Program-made: the position numbers and the translations under genes | Notes under the pieces: generated by a model | Database searches by the model: none | What the model was told of the DNA's origin: nothing | Seen by the model: only the letters and a program-made list of their open reading frames with translations | In this document: positions 12,289-26,704 of the stretch, in pieces | How the letters are laid out: every line of letters starts with the position of its first letter | Position numbering within the stretch: position 1 is the stretch's first letter | From: Octopus vulgaris | Lineage: Eukaryota | NCBI GenBank assembly: GCA_951406725.2 | Contig: OX597819.1 | Location: 71,920,001-71,984,000, forward strand | Direction: 5' to 3' | Length of the DNA: 64,000 bases

Positions 12289-13542
12289 TTATAAATTAGG
12301 GTATCTACGAGATATCACCATGCTGAAAATAGCAGCCATGATCTGACTCTAAAACCACCTTAATTGTCCATATATCAATACGGTGAGAAAAAAAAGAGAC
12401 AAGATGAAACTAGTAAAAAATTACTGGATAATTCTAGATCCCGGATTCTCTGATAATTTTCTTGGGTTTGAGTCACGTACTGTCAGCAGTTGGTTTGTGA
12501 ATCCCTTTAACTGTAAAATTATTGATGTTCTAAAAAGATCTTAAGAGTCTGGAGATTTATCTTTTTTATTCTTTGACAGAGGAGCAGTTTCTTGAACTTC
12601 GCTCCAGCAATAAAATACACATGGAATTTTTGCATATTTTCCGACGTCGAAAGCTGCCAACGCTTTCAAATCCTACATGTGGAAGCGAAAAATATATACT
12701 GTTGCATTCTACAACAGTCTACTGTTGAGAAAAATATTTGTTTACACTTTTGAATTTGTAAACAAATTACAGAAATTGTTTGAAGCACGAAAACAGCACC
12801 AAAGTTTCTCTAACAAGAAAATTTCGAAGAATAACGATAAAGAAGCAGCATTTTATTTTACCGAAATCAAAATAGCTGTTTTGTCAAATTCTTCAGGTTT
12901 TAATCCTTCTTTCTATTAAGTTGATTTACATGCTAATTTCGTCACCATGTTTTTGTTTTGTTGGGTTTTTCATTTTCTTTGTTTGTTTTTTGTCAATTTT
13001 CAGATGCTAATTCTTGTGGATTTCAAAACTAATCCATTACAAATTCTTGTCCACTTATATCATTTCTCTATAATAATTATTTATTTTTAAGACAAAATTA
13101 CAGAAACCGGTTAGATTCCAAAGAGGGCATCTAAGCTGGTCTGTCTGATACAAAGTATAGCTTCTGTTGATGTTGTTATATCAAAAACGAAACAGCAATA
13201 TTTTTCTTTGCAGAAAAGTGAACAGGAAATATTTTAACTAAAATTCTTTTCATTTTCAATCCTTTAAATTTAGTTTGTCTCTGTGTAATACTTATATCGG
13301 TATGTTTGGCCGGCTTTTCTTTTACATCAATCCAACCGATAAATATTTTTCGTGGATAAATTTATGTATAACATATCCAACCATTTAAAACTAATTGATG
13401 TGTTTCTTTATTTTGAATTTCGAGAGTAACTTTATATTATTTCAATAGATTTCGGGTAACACCAGAAAAAAATTCAAGTCTTGGACAAAAACGTTTCCTT
13501 TACCGGTATTTACTTGACAGTAACACTTTGTTTAGTGGATAA

Positions 13543-13875
13543 GGCGACAAGCGAGCAAAATGGTTAGCACATGAGGAAAATGTTTAGCGACATTTCGTCC
13601 GGCTCTTTCTAAATTCTAAATACAAATTCCACCGAGGTTGACTTCACCAATCATCCTTTCAGGGTCGATAAAGTAAGTACCAATCTTGGAAGATGCAGAG
13701 GGGCTGACATGGGATTGCCAGCAATGGGGAGCGCTGGCTCTACGCATGATGATGCCTCTAGAACCATCAACCTGGGGTGACCCCAGCTCTGTGAAGCAAG
13801 AAGCTAACACGAGGTTAACATAATCGACTAACTCTTTCCTCTTAAAAGTGCTGATCTTGTGCTAAAATTAGAAAG
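13543..13875 (+). mobile_element. SINE family B with an internal ~120-bp GC-rich insertion
   Basis: SINE B consensus is interrupted at ~13684-13802. Confidence 0.7.
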
Positions 13876-14179
13876 GCTATTTTGTGTCGGGGCTATTTTT
13901 TTGTTTGCCATGACGTTTTACTGGGATCGTAATATAAGAAATTTCCCGCTCAATTCGTAATTGTAATCCTAATATCACCGATTTAGAAAATAAATATTTT
14001 TCGTTGACTTTTCTTCATATTTTTAAGGTTTTATTTTGTTGCTGACTATTTTGTTAATACATTTTTTAGTTGTGTTTATTTCCCTTCGCGAAAAATAGAT
14101 TTTGTTTTTCAAAACCGCACCCTTGCTCGCAGAGGACGTTTTCTTCTTAATATTTCTACAGTTTTCTTCTTAATATTTC

Positions 14180-14310
14180 TCTCCACCATAACCACAAGGC
14201 CCTAAATTTGGGTGGTGGAGGGAACTGGTCAGTTATATCGAACTCAGTGCTCAACGAGCATTTTATCGGCCGCGAAAGAAGGCAAAGTCGACCTCGGTGG
14301 AATTTCAATC
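14180..14310 (-). mobile_element. SINE family B 3' fragment
   Basis: cacaaggccc...ggcaaagtcgacctcggtggaattt. Confidence 0.7.
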
Positions 14311-15469
14311 CTGCCATTATAAATAATTAACCAAAACATTACCAATGTCTATGTATGTGAAAACTAAAAGTGGTCCATTATGCAAATAACATCAGACAAC
14401 TAGAATTTTCTGGATAAGCAAAAACTACAGAGCAAAACACACAAAAACATGATGGAATATTTCTATCACTGTAATTTTATTTCTATTCCTCTCCAAGCTT
14501 AACAGCATGGGTGCGTCATTTGACTAGCGGCATCTCTATCTCGTTGTTTGACTTCAATTTTGAATAAATCAAACCTTCTGTGCTTGTTGTATTTTAAATA
14601 ATGTCTAGCCATACAATACCAAAATAGAAAAAGTTTTCTATTATATATATTTAAATTCTGTGTTTGTTGTGTTCTGTTTTACTTTTTTCTTTTCCAAGAA
14701 TACCTTATTTTGTATTTGTTTACTTCAAGACATTATGACTTTCATTCTTTTATCTCGAAATTACTTCATTACCATTGCTAAATTCTCAAAAATGTTCTGT
14801 TTTTTTCCACAACAGAAAATAAAAGGGGAATATAAAAGAAAGTTCCATTTTTATTGGTTAGAAAACCCATAGATTTGGAAGTCATTATTTTTCTTCCCTT
14901 GCAATTACTTTGATCTTACAATGAAAATAAATATATAGATAAATAATTTCCCCAAAAGTTAATTCGTTTGTGATGCAGGCTAGATGTGTCTTCTATAGTC
15001 TGGGATACAAGAGAGAAATGATGGGCGGAATGAAAGCCGACTAGAAATTGAAATCTAGTCAGATTTCAATGGATACATTTTAAGGGGGAGAAAATAAACA
15101 CAAGTTGATAGTCTATCGGGTCCCTGACTTGAGAGTTCATAAACCATTGCTAATGAACTGATTTGACAATCAAAATATTGAACTGCTCACGGAGTAACGG
15201 AGTGCCGCGTGCAATGACAGCTCGCCTCTCTAAAATGCAAAGTTTCACAAATTTGTAGCGTTGTATTATATATTATTGTAGCATTAGATTGTGGTTATAT
15301 TCTTGCGTAATTTTCAGAACCACCTAGATCAATTATTTCCACAGCTATCATGCATTTAAAAATTGAAAGGGAACGTAAGAAAAATTATGGCTGACATGAG
15401 CCCTCCAATTCATAAGGCCAAAGCTTAACTTCATATCCATGGCGTGTAAATAACTTAGATGTCAACACT

Positions 15470-15660
15470 CCCGCCCCACTAGACGGGATGCCGGTCCCCT
15501 CGAAGACTTAACTTCCCGGCTATTTACTGGAACTCACAGTTGATTGAACTGGAGCAATGTGAAATTTAGTTTTGCTCATTAACATAACACACTGCTTGAT
15601 ATGGAATTCGAAACTACGATCTTACAATAGTTAGTGCAAAACCTTATCCACAACAACAAT
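15470..15660 (-). mobile_element. SINE family E (tRNA head, CORE-like and V-domain-like), decayed
   Basis: gacgggatgccggtcc segment shared with 23400-23430, 27955-27985 and 61845-61865. Confidence 0.55.
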
Positions 15661-16257
15661 ATATGTTAATGAGACAGTGAGCTGGTTTCTACTTACTGGC
15701 TCAACTGATCTCCTCTTGCTGCTAAATCTCACAAAATTATCTCCCCTGCCAGCTTTAAAATAGAAACCACTCGGTTTCAGAATAATTAAAACTTTGAACA
15801 AACACACTGTCACAATAATGATGATATGACACTAATTATAAACACCAATCAAAACACCTTCTGAGAATTATTACGTTTATGCTTTGGTTTTTCTGAATCA
15901 GTGATATCCAGGTTATCCAAAAAGAACAACATCAATACTGACAAGGCATGTTTAGTCCCACTGTCATCTGACGAAGCCAAGCCAAATTACTACTTTGATA
16001 TGAATGCATACATATCGTTGCTATTATGTTAAACTGTCGTATGTTCAAATTTGGCCAAATGCGTTCTTCTTCAATACTTTTGCTTGCAGTAGCCTGTTCT
16101 CTTGGTCAAACTGTCGTATCTCCAGGTGCTTCAGATGCCAAGATATCAAAAATTGTGGAAGTGTAGTACAACGGTTTTGCTATGGAATGGACAAACTACT
16201 TTTTCGTTTTCTGAAAAAGCAACATTTTGCACTTACAAAACTTTTGCATAATAGCAA

Positions 16258-16322
<65 letters not shown>

Positions 16323-16473
16323 GAGGGAGATAAATTAATATTAATTTTAATATCAATTTAAAACCAGTAGTCTAGCATACAAAAAATCTGAGAAGTCAGA
16401 GAATTTCCTTGTAGTTTGATCGTTAATGATCTGTTTCTAGCATTCGGCCGGCTACCTAGCAGTCCAGCCCTGC

Positions 16474-16524
<51 letters not shown>

Positions 16525-16530
<6 letters not shown>

Positions 16531-16940
16531 CGTTTATCTTTTATCGTTTATTTGTTTCATTCATCAGACTGCAGCCATGCTGGAGAATTTCAAGTTGAAA
16601 ATTAATCAACCCCAGTACATTTTTAAGCCTGGTGCTTACTATATCGATACGGGAACATAAACACACCAACACCAGTTATCAAGTGGTGGTTGGGGACAAA
16701 CATAGACAAAAACACGCGTACACACCCACAAGAACACACACAAACATACGCACATATAATTATATATATATATATATATATACAAGATGGGTTTCTTTCA
16801 ATTTCCGTGTACCAAATCCACTCTGAAAGCTTTGGTTGACCCAAGGCTATAGTAGAAGATACATGCTCAAGATTCCACGTAGTAGGACTGAACGTGGAAT
16901 GAGTGATTGGTAAAGCAAACGTCTTACCACTCACCCACAA
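16525..16940 (-). mobile_element. SINE family A
   Basis: Reverse complement of family A with internal microsatellite. Confidence 0.8.
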
Positions 16941-17160
16941 AAATAAAGAATATCGGTGGAACAGTTCAATAAAAACAGTAACTCAGAGTAAGCAGGATAG
17001 ACCAGATACAGTAGCATGGGACATGGAGCAAAAGTCACCATTGTGGAGATTCTCCGCCCAGCGCCTGTGAATGTTGTGTTAACAATTGGGAAAACGAAGA
17101 ACATATGATGGAGAACAGATGAGAAGCCTACAGCTCTATAATTTAGACTAGTTTTTTTAA

Positions 17161-17474
17161 TACAGTTCTATATTTAAGAGATGAGGAATTATGTACATTA
17201 TTTACATTATTTACATATGGCCTAGTGGTTAAGAGCACGGACTACTAACCCCAAGATTCCGAGTTCGATTCCAGGCAGTGACCTGAATAATAATAATAAT
17301 AATGATAATAATAATAATAATAATAATCGAAAAATACCTTAGAAATGAGAACCCAGGTTCGAAATTTCCAAGATACCTGATGAAGGCTGGAGGGTATATC
17401 AGCCGAAACATTGGGTTCACAACAAACAAGATGCGGACAAATATTTATCAACTGTAAATAATGTAAATAATGTA
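17161..17474 (+). mobile_element. tRNA-headed, hammerhead-containing retroposon (family P) with upstream inverted tail
   Basis: Inverted tail 17161-17215; A box tggcctagtgg 17218-17228; B box gagttcgattcc 17261-17272; (AAT)n; CTGATGA-A-GGCTG-loop-CAGCC-GAAAC 17377-17409; TSD-like tagtttttt at 17149 and 17473. Confidence 0.85.
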
Positions 17475-17691
17475 GTTTTTTGTTGTTTTTTACTTGTACC
17501 TATTAATTTAGATACTCACAGCTATGTGATGACGGTTCTGCATTAAAAGAAAGGAATGCTAGGGTCTTCAGGAAATAGCATTCTATTAATACAATCGATT
17601 AGTGGTGCGGTTAAAATTTGTAAAACATTCCAGGGATTATTCATCTGAGATTCCTAGGCTGAACACTTGCACACAATGACATATATATTTG

Positions 17692-17761
<70 letters not shown>

Positions 17762-17784
17762 TGTGTGTGTGTGTGTATGGAATA

Positions 17785-18067
17785 ACAGGCAGTCTGTCAG
17801 TTACGACGAAGAGGGCTCCAGTTGATCCGATCAACGGAACAGATTAGTCGTGAAATCAACATGCAAATGGTTGACCACTCTGTAGACACGTAGTTCTGCG
17901 GGATATTCAGCTTGACTCTCAATGTGACAAGGTTGGCCCTTTGAAACATAGGTACGACTAGTGGACTGGAGCAAAGTGAAATAAAGGTCGCAACGCGCCG
18001 CCAGATATCGAACTCACGACCTTACGATAGTTATCCGAATGCCCTAACCACCTAGTAACACACCTTC
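17785..18067 (-). mobile_element. Mosaic SINE: family D/E-type head with family C-type 3' region
   Basis: 3' part matches 50450-50625; head resembles 19830-19955. Confidence 0.65.
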
Positions 18068-19214
18068 GCTATATATAGAATACACGTACATACATATATA
18101 TATATATATTGACTGAGCACAGACACATACAAAAAAGTGACATGCACATCTTTGTGCAAGGTTTTATGCACACACCAACATACGCACAAACGCGCGCGCT
18201 CACACACACACACATGTACACACCCAGGGAATCAGATAACCACAAATCTAAAGAGTTGCTTGACTTAAAAGAAGATTCTTGCTATTCTGTTAGTGACCAT
18301 CTCGACTTCTACGAAATCTCAAAGTAACGTACATACATACACACATACATACACCGTATTACATACACAGTTACATACAAATATGCGTACACACATACAT
18401 ACGTACACACATGCATACACACATACATACATACATAACCACATACATACACATGTAAAGTACAGTCGTTGTTATCTCCACGTCAGCACTGTACCTATAG
18501 GGAAAAGGTGCTCCACCCTTGACCGTCCTCTGTTTTGTTCAGACAAATGTGTTTAAGACTTCCTTACTCAATGTGCCTTCTTTAACACTTTAGGACGTGG
18601 TTTTGAGAAGATTTGGCTGCTATCTCTAGTCGGTTGATCGGTCACATAGGGGCTTCCTCGTTGACACATGAGTATAAGAACATTTTACTAAGAGGCAAAT
18701 TGCATGATATTTTCTCTTAGTCAACTTCCAAGTTCTTTCCTAATAAAGCTGTTTGGCTTTTTACCAAATGTTCGTTCCTGAAAGCCCTGTAAGAGTTTAA
18801 AATTGTGTATTCAGAAAGCTATTACATTGTCCAGATTTCCATGCCAACTGCTTTCAAATATATAAATCCATACATCATACATACATATATAGTTGCATCT
18901 AAAATTGTATCTATCTAGAAATACTTAAAGAACGTTATATTTGTACATGCGTTTCTTCAACAGAAACTAATTTATGGAGATATTTCGCGTGTTATTTATG
19001 AAACAGTGGTTAACTGAATGTAGACAAAGATGAACAAGGAATTAGAGATAATTAGCTCATAGGTTCGAATCTGTTGAAACCGTTTTCTTACGTTTTAGGC
19101 CAAATCTATTTGTGATACGTAACTTTGACGTTCGTCCTTCGTATCTCTGAAGACAATCAGATTAGCAACTTTACTCTTTGTGGATCCGGAGGTGGTTTAA
19201 CAGGCCAATACTCC

Positions 19215-19490
19215 TTTCTTACTCTAGACACAAGGCCCGAAATTTTGGGGGAGGGACCCCCTCGATTAGATCTGTTCCAAGTTAAACTTTTTAAAGCTCG
19301 CCTTTATATTTTAATTTTTATTTGTTTCAGTCATTAGACTGCCGCCATGCTGGGGCATCGCATTTAGTCAAACAAACCAACCCCAGGACTTATTCTTTGT
19401 AAGCCTAGTACTTATTCTAACTGTCTCTTTTGCCGAACCGCTAAGTTACGGGAACGATGTCAAGCGATGATGGGGGGGCAAACACAGACA
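19215..19490 (-). mobile_element. SINE B tail plus SINE A 3' half
   Basis: Matches consensus tails seen elsewhere in the window. Confidence 0.75.
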
Positions 19491-19507
19491 CATACACAAA
19501 TGTATAC

Positions 19508-19548
<41 letters not shown>

Positions 19549-19612
19549 CAGACACACACAGACAGACATACAGACATATATATGTATATATGTGTATATA
19601 TATATATATATA

Positions 19613-19955
19613 GGGTAAAGACCCCCTTCGGTCATGAATGACCATGGGATTGCACCTAGAAAGTTGCCCTCCTAGACACAAGTCCGGGCAAGGTTGTTTT
19701 TTTATGGAAGACCAGCAGTCGCACATGCATACCAGCCTCCCCTCTCCACGCCACCAGTGTTATCCAAGGGAAAGACAAAGGTCGATACAGCTTGGCACCA
19801 GTGACGTCGCAACTCATTTCTACAGCTGAGTGAACTGGAGCAACGTGAAATAAAGTGCCTTGCTCAAGAACACAACACGCAGCCCGGTCCGGGATTCGAG
19901 CTCACAACCTCACGATCGTAAGCTCGACGTTCTAACCACTGAGCCATGCGCCTTC
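19613..19955 (-). mobile_element. SINE family D (tRNA-derived head, CORE-like gtgttcttgagcaaggcactt), apparently full length
   Basis: Minus strand ggcgcatggctcagtggttagaacgtcgagcttacgatcgtgaggttgtgagctcgaatcccgg shows A and B boxes. Confidence 0.8.
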
Positions 19956-19961
19956 ACATGG

Positions 19962-20056
<95 letters not shown>

Positions 20057-20057
<1 letters not shown>

Positions 20058-20222
20058 GACGGGCTTCTATCAGTTTCCATCTACCAAGCCTACTCACAGG
20101 GCTTTGGTCGGCCCGAGGCTGTAGTAGAAAATACTCACCCAACGGCTCATTAAGTGGGACTGAACGCGGAACTATGTGGTTGGAAAGCAAACTTCTTACT
20201 GCAGAGCCACACCTGGCACCTA
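20057..20222 (-). mobile_element. SINE family A 5' half
   Basis: Head and CORE-like body. Confidence 0.8.
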
Positions 20223-20447
20223 CAAAACCACGCATGTGCCTTGAGATTATTTTTGTATCTCCTCCCTTGATCTACCACGTAACAGTGAGACAAACTCCTT
20301 AAATCTCTTTAGGGAGCCTGGAGTCATCCATGGACACTACATGTCCACTTCACTTCAATTCGAATTTACTATGTCACTCTAATAATTTAAATATCAGAAA
20401 CAGTTAATAGATATTCCAACAGCATGCTACTAGCAAAATATGTATTA

Positions 20448-20960
20448 CTAGCAGTATCGCCCGGCGTTGCTCGAGTTTGTAAGGGAAATAACTATATAAG
20501 CATTTTTAGAGAGTTACTTCCCTTATAGATGCCAATTCGGGCTTTCTTAGCCATTTCTGTTTTGGTGTCTTCAAGCCATGAAGTCGTTGTTCTAAAAGAA
20601 CGCTGGTCTCCTTGACAACGCTTTACGACGTTGATTTCCTTACACTCCCTTCCCCACAGCTTCACGAGGGAGGGAAGAAGGGAGAGAAGCAAACAGGTGC
20701 AGGTGTGACCATGGACGCCAACTCCGCCGCCATCGACACACGAAAAATTATGCATTAAAATGGAATAAAAAATTATGTTAAATTATTTTTAAAATCGTAG
20801 ACTCATCGTAGACGCGCGCTAATACTCAGACGGGCTCGATACGAATCACGACTATAAGATACCCGAATTTGGTTAAACTGCATCGCAAAATGTGGGAGTA
20901 GTTAGGAATCTAAATCGAAGGGGACAGACACTCACACAACTACAGTTTTATATATATAGA
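20448..20960 (-). mobile_element. Non-autonomous Helitron-like element
   Basis: A|TCTATATATATAAAA start, ctcgagcaacgccgggcgatactgCTAG|T end with subterminal hairpin. Confidence 0.7.
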
Positions 20961-20984
20961 TTATTGAGTGAGAGCAGTGTAAAA

Positions 20985-22079
<1,095 letters not shown>

Positions 22080-22084
22080 TCTGT

Positions 22085-22471
22085 CAAGACCTACCAAAAA
22101 CTGAGCAAATATAAAGATCTTGAAATAGAAATCAGCAAAATGTGGAACCTGAAGGCTAAAACAATACCTGTTGTCATAGGTGCCCTGGGAATGATAGCGA
22201 AAGGGGCTGATTGCTACCTAACTCAGATACCAGGAAACCCAAAAATGGCAGAAATTCAAAAGATAGTGCTCATGGGAACTGCTCATATCCTACGCAAAAT
22301 ACTTTCTATGTAATCTCAAGGTTTAAAACAAACATAATTTATTTTTTAGACATCCACTAGTAAAACACCAAAAAAAAACAACAACCAAATATTTGGCACA
22401 CTAGGCATAACAACAACATGAACTTCCAACCTGTTGCCTCTTGAGGTCTCTGGGTGAGACTTGGAACCAAC

Positions 22472-22559
<88 letters not shown>

Positions 22560-22577
22560 AATAACAACAATAATAAT
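22085..22577 (+). mobile_element. Second RLE-LINE 3' fragment (different family)
   Basis: KLSKYKDLEIEISKMWNLKAKTIPVVIGALG...GTAHILRKILSM*, 3' UTR, (AAT)n. Confidence 0.9.
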
Positions 22578-23138
22578 ATGCACTGATGCAGTACCAGGCA
22601 GTGGCTCTCGTGGCTTCTGGTCTCAACTGATTGGAAACGTTATCATGTACATTGTTTTGTCTTGGTTTAAAAGATGGACTACAGCAAATATTCTGCTCAA
22701 TACCACAGATTTGCTTGTCAGTTGTTTGACCTTAACCAGTTGAGCATACCCCTTAGTGGCTGACGATAAGTGCATCTCTGATCACAAGCAGAAGTAATGG
22801 GGGAGCATCATAGTCATGTGTAGAGAGGGATTCTTTGGGGTTTTAATAATTCACCTCTGGAAACGGGTTTTCGTTTAACATCCTTAAACAACCCTTATTC
22901 AGGGACCTTTTGAGCTGAATAGGTTACTCAATCAGAAGAAAATTCTAACTGGGACCCCACCTGCAAGGTCATGTGCTGTTTATCTTGATATGAGATCACC
23001 ATGTCGCGAACATATGGTTGTGATGCATGTGTCTAGTGTACCCTTATCAGACGGGTAGTCACGATGGGTATACTGGACTTCGTATATCTTACCCCAGTGT
23101 AACTTTGATGGCATGCACTGCTCTCTCACTCAGTAATG

Positions 23139-23170
<32 letters not shown>
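22578..23170 (+). mobile_element. Family T retroposon, full length
   Basis: Same 5' start (gc(a/c)ctgatgcagtacc) and 3' end (ctctctcactca(g/a)taat) as 5703-6268. Confidence 0.85.
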
Positions 23171-23229
23171 CTCGAAATTAACAATCTTTGGATATCTTAT
23201 AGCAATGCACTAATACATCATAAATTTCT

Positions 23230-23690
23230 GATTTAGACGCACGAACAGCAATTTTAAGAGGTAGGAGTTAATCGATACAGTGAAGGTGCGTGGCAAGCTC
23301 ATCGTTTCGATTCTCGGATTCTTGTGCGGTACGTTGTGTTCTTGAGCCAAATACTTCATTCAGTCCACGTTGCTGCAAGTCACTCAGCCGTAAATCAATA
23401 ACCCTGCGATTGACTGGTGTCCCGTACAAGAGGAAACGTTTTGATCTTGGTCACTGAAGCCGAACAACCGGTCCTAGGACTCGTAACAGTTATGTCCCCA
23501 GTTTGATGATGATGATGATGATGATTAATCGATACTATCGACCCCAGTACTTGACTAGTACTCTACCTAATTAATCTTGGAATGATTAAAGACAAAAGTT
23601 AGAATCTAGATGAAATTTGAACTCTGAACGTTAGGAACCGGAACAAATACCGCAAAACGACGCTCTAACTATTCTGACAGCTTGCCGCCA
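23230..23690. mobile_element. SINE E (+, 23281-23490) nested in SINE B (-)
   Basis: SINE B is split around 23270-23525; ttaatcgatac is repeated at both junctions. Confidence 0.6.
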
Positions 23691-24411
23691 TCTTTTAGAG
23701 ATCAAGTAACATTCTAATATAAACAACAATATATCTTTTGTAAATAGCAATTTCAGACAGAAAATTAATAACGAATACGTAGGCAGTTACTGAGTCGTGT
23801 AATGACATCTTGCCAGGTGACTGTGTTACCAAGTGCAACACACTTTAATGGCTTTTATGCCAATCTCAGATTACAAATATATATGTGTGTGCTTACATGT
23901 GTGTGTGTGTGTTTGTAAGTGCGTCTGTATATATGTGTGTGTGCTTTAACGGATCTTTTAACCTTTACAGCTTGTCGTGTTTTTTCAATGATAATTTTTC
24001 AGTCACTTGACTTTACCACGAATTCATCTCGTTCCACTATCACTCATAGCTGCATTAGATATTTCGATTGTAGTTATTGACGAGAATTAACCTTCAAACC
24101 ACGAATAAATTATAAACTCACGATATGAAGAATGTTAAACATGGAATAATATAAAGAACAGCAAATAATATTCTTGTAAATTATTATTTGTTATATACAA
24201 ACATTAACAATTTGTCAGTGGAACTTAAGACACATATCAACCACTTGCCTGAAGATCACGTCTTCGTGAGGAAGAAACACCGACGTAATGACGCGATCGA
24301 GAGACGGTGGATTGGCAAGCGGCGAATTCCTTGTTCAAATACTAAAAATGGAAAGTATTAATCGTTGAATTTCATATGTTTAGTATCGTATAAGAGAGTA
24401 ATTAACTTCTA

Positions 24412-24640
24412 TTTTATCATTTATTGTTTTACTTATTTCAGGGATTAGACTGCGGCAATGCTGGGGCACCGCTTTCAAGGATTTCAGTCGAACGAATCGA
24501 CCCCAGGACTCATTTTTCTTTAAAGTCTATTACTTATTCAATCACTTTTTGCCGAACCGCTGTGTTACGTGACGTAAATGCACAAAAACCAGTTACCAGG
24601 ATATAACGGGGAGAAATCATTGACACGCACAGATTCACAC
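24412..24640 (-). mobile_element. SINE family A 3' half
   Basis: Consensus match. Confidence 0.75.
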
Positions 24641-24672
24641 GCACACAAATATGCATGCATACACACATACAC

Positions 24673-24745
<73 letters not shown>

Positions 24746-25301
24746 AGGATAAAAATCACGTTAATGATTTTTATCAAGTAGTCAGCATGCTCTAAAGTAT
24801 TATAGGCAATTAATACATTAAATTAACAATAATGTACATATGTGTATAATTATAACAAGGAAGATTGGGCGAAAACGAACTTTCTCCATCATGCTTGAAA
24901 TGCCGATGCCCTCAAAAACTACAAAAAACTCCAGCAATATACATGTGGCTGAAAGCGGGCTAATGAGAGAAAATTAAAAAGACCTCACGGTAATTGTGAA
25001 TTGGTTCCAACTTCTGGATTAAAGCAAAAAATAGCTTTTTGCCTTCGTCAACACAATACACGGTTAGGGGAAATATAAGCCCAAATAACTGTACATACCG
25101 TCAAAAGCAAGTTCACACATCTACATAAAAATATTTGTACGTATAGATCCAAGAAAAGTCAAATTACAAATCCTCTCACGACAGCCAACGTGTATGTAAT
25201 AGGAATAGTCAAGCAGTAAATGCTCTTCCGGTCAGGAGTAAAAATAATTAAATTCGGCACTTCGAGCATGCTGGAGAAGGTAATTTTCACCCGATCTCCC
25301 T

Positions 25302-25337
<36 letters not shown>

Positions 25338-25371
25338 TTATGTATGTATGTATGTATGTATGTTCTATACA

Positions 25372-25921
25372 TACGAGCAAAACGCCCCCCGTCCAATGCT
25401 GAGTTGTCAAACATTTAAACCACATTTTCTTAAAACAACTTGTCTGACCGTCCCATTGGCCTCTCCTTTGAGAAACACTAATTTAACCTAAAGTTGAGAC
25501 ACCAGCAAAAGAAGAAATAAAGATAGACTTTTTTCTATTCCAAAGAAAAACGATTTTATTCACAAAAATATGCAACCGAAGAGTTTAAAGTACCAGCAAT
25601 GATGAGGCTGTTCCCATGGAGAACACAAACATGGTTTGAACAGTAAGCTTGGCAGGAAAGAAACGTGCCTTTAAGCAGTACAAAAACAACAAAAAAATGG
25701 TAAGTACAGTTATGTACAGGTTGATGGAAGAAAAGCAGGAGAAAAACGGCTTTATTGATCGCATTCTCACCTGGAATCGATTTTTGTAATTTTTTCAAGA
25801 CTTATACACGCCCTGATACCGTTGGTATCTACATATCAAATTTGAGCGCAATCGGATGGAGGATGCCCGAGATCCTAGAAGACACACAGACAGACAGACA
25901 GAACGGATTTTATATAATATA
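25372..25921 (-). mobile_element. Helitron-like non-autonomous element, decayed termini
   Basis: caaatttgagcgcaatcggatg...cagacagacagac...ttttatata end, as in the other two copies; the CTAG end is degenerate (cgag). Confidence 0.5.
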
Positions 25922-25954
25922 TACATACATACATACATACATACACACATTCAT

Positions 25955-26120
25955 ACGACGAGCTTCTTTCAGTTTCCACGTACCAAATCAACTCGCAAGG
26001 CTTTGGTCGGCCCGAGGCTATAGTAGAAGATATTTGCTCAATGTGGCATGCAGTGGGACTAAACCTGGAACCATGTGGTTGGGAAGCAAGCTACTCACCA
26101 CTCACCCACAACTGCGCCTA
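25955..26120 (-). mobile_element. SINE family A 5' half
   Basis: Consensus match. Confidence 0.8.
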
Positions 26121-26449
26121 TGTTACAAAATTAAATCTTTCTAGAGCGACGCCAATTTGGTAGTCTGTACAAATCCAGGAATGAGATAAAATATAGTGTG
26201 TGTGTGTGTGTGTGTGTTTATTTTGAGGGTCGATATTTCGATAATATATTTTTATTAAAATGTAAAGTTAGAACCACGTTTGTTTTCCTAGATCACGAAT
26301 CAGTGTCATAGTTTTGACTGGCAGGAACCGGATATTGGAATGCTATTACAGCCAACTCTCTTACGTTTTTTTTTTTTTTCAACTAATAATATATTTAAAC
26401 ACGATATTCCGAAAAAGAAAAGCTTTGACATTTATGACTGTGTAGGAAG

Positions 26450-26672
26450 TCTTTAACTAAATATTCCTGAAGTTGGTGCATTCTTCATTGCTTCGATGAA
26501 GACATATTCCCACCTCGTTCTGAATTCAAATATCGAGTTTCGAATGTTCTCTGGAAAATTGTTCTCCTCTCTGTTGGTCAGTCGATTTGTTCTATACAGA
26601 CATCGTAGCTAGAACTAATTTTCCTGCGAATTACATCTTACGGACGATTCTATCTAGTTGCTAGTGGAAGTG

Positions 26673-26704
<32 letters not shown>

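Larger units (their letters stand above)
12541..18900 (-). pseudogene. Decayed multi-exon host gene, product unidentified
   Basis: Candidate AG/GT-bounded exons (~18690-18900, 17521-17658, 17039-17064, 15858-16210, 15697-15752) chain with compatible phases; putative terminal exon 12541-12672 DLKALAAFDVGKYAKIPCVFYCWSE...DS*; many in-frame stops. Confidence 0.45.

Noticed and set aside
17219-17285. Functional tRNA gene
   Set aside because: No proper acceptor stem or T-run terminator; it is a SINE head. The same applies to 50243 and 19890-19955.
24249-24280. Hammerhead-like CTGAAGA-TCACG-TCTT-CGTGA
   Set aside because: Extra bases before GAAAC and no stem III/I; may be coincidence.
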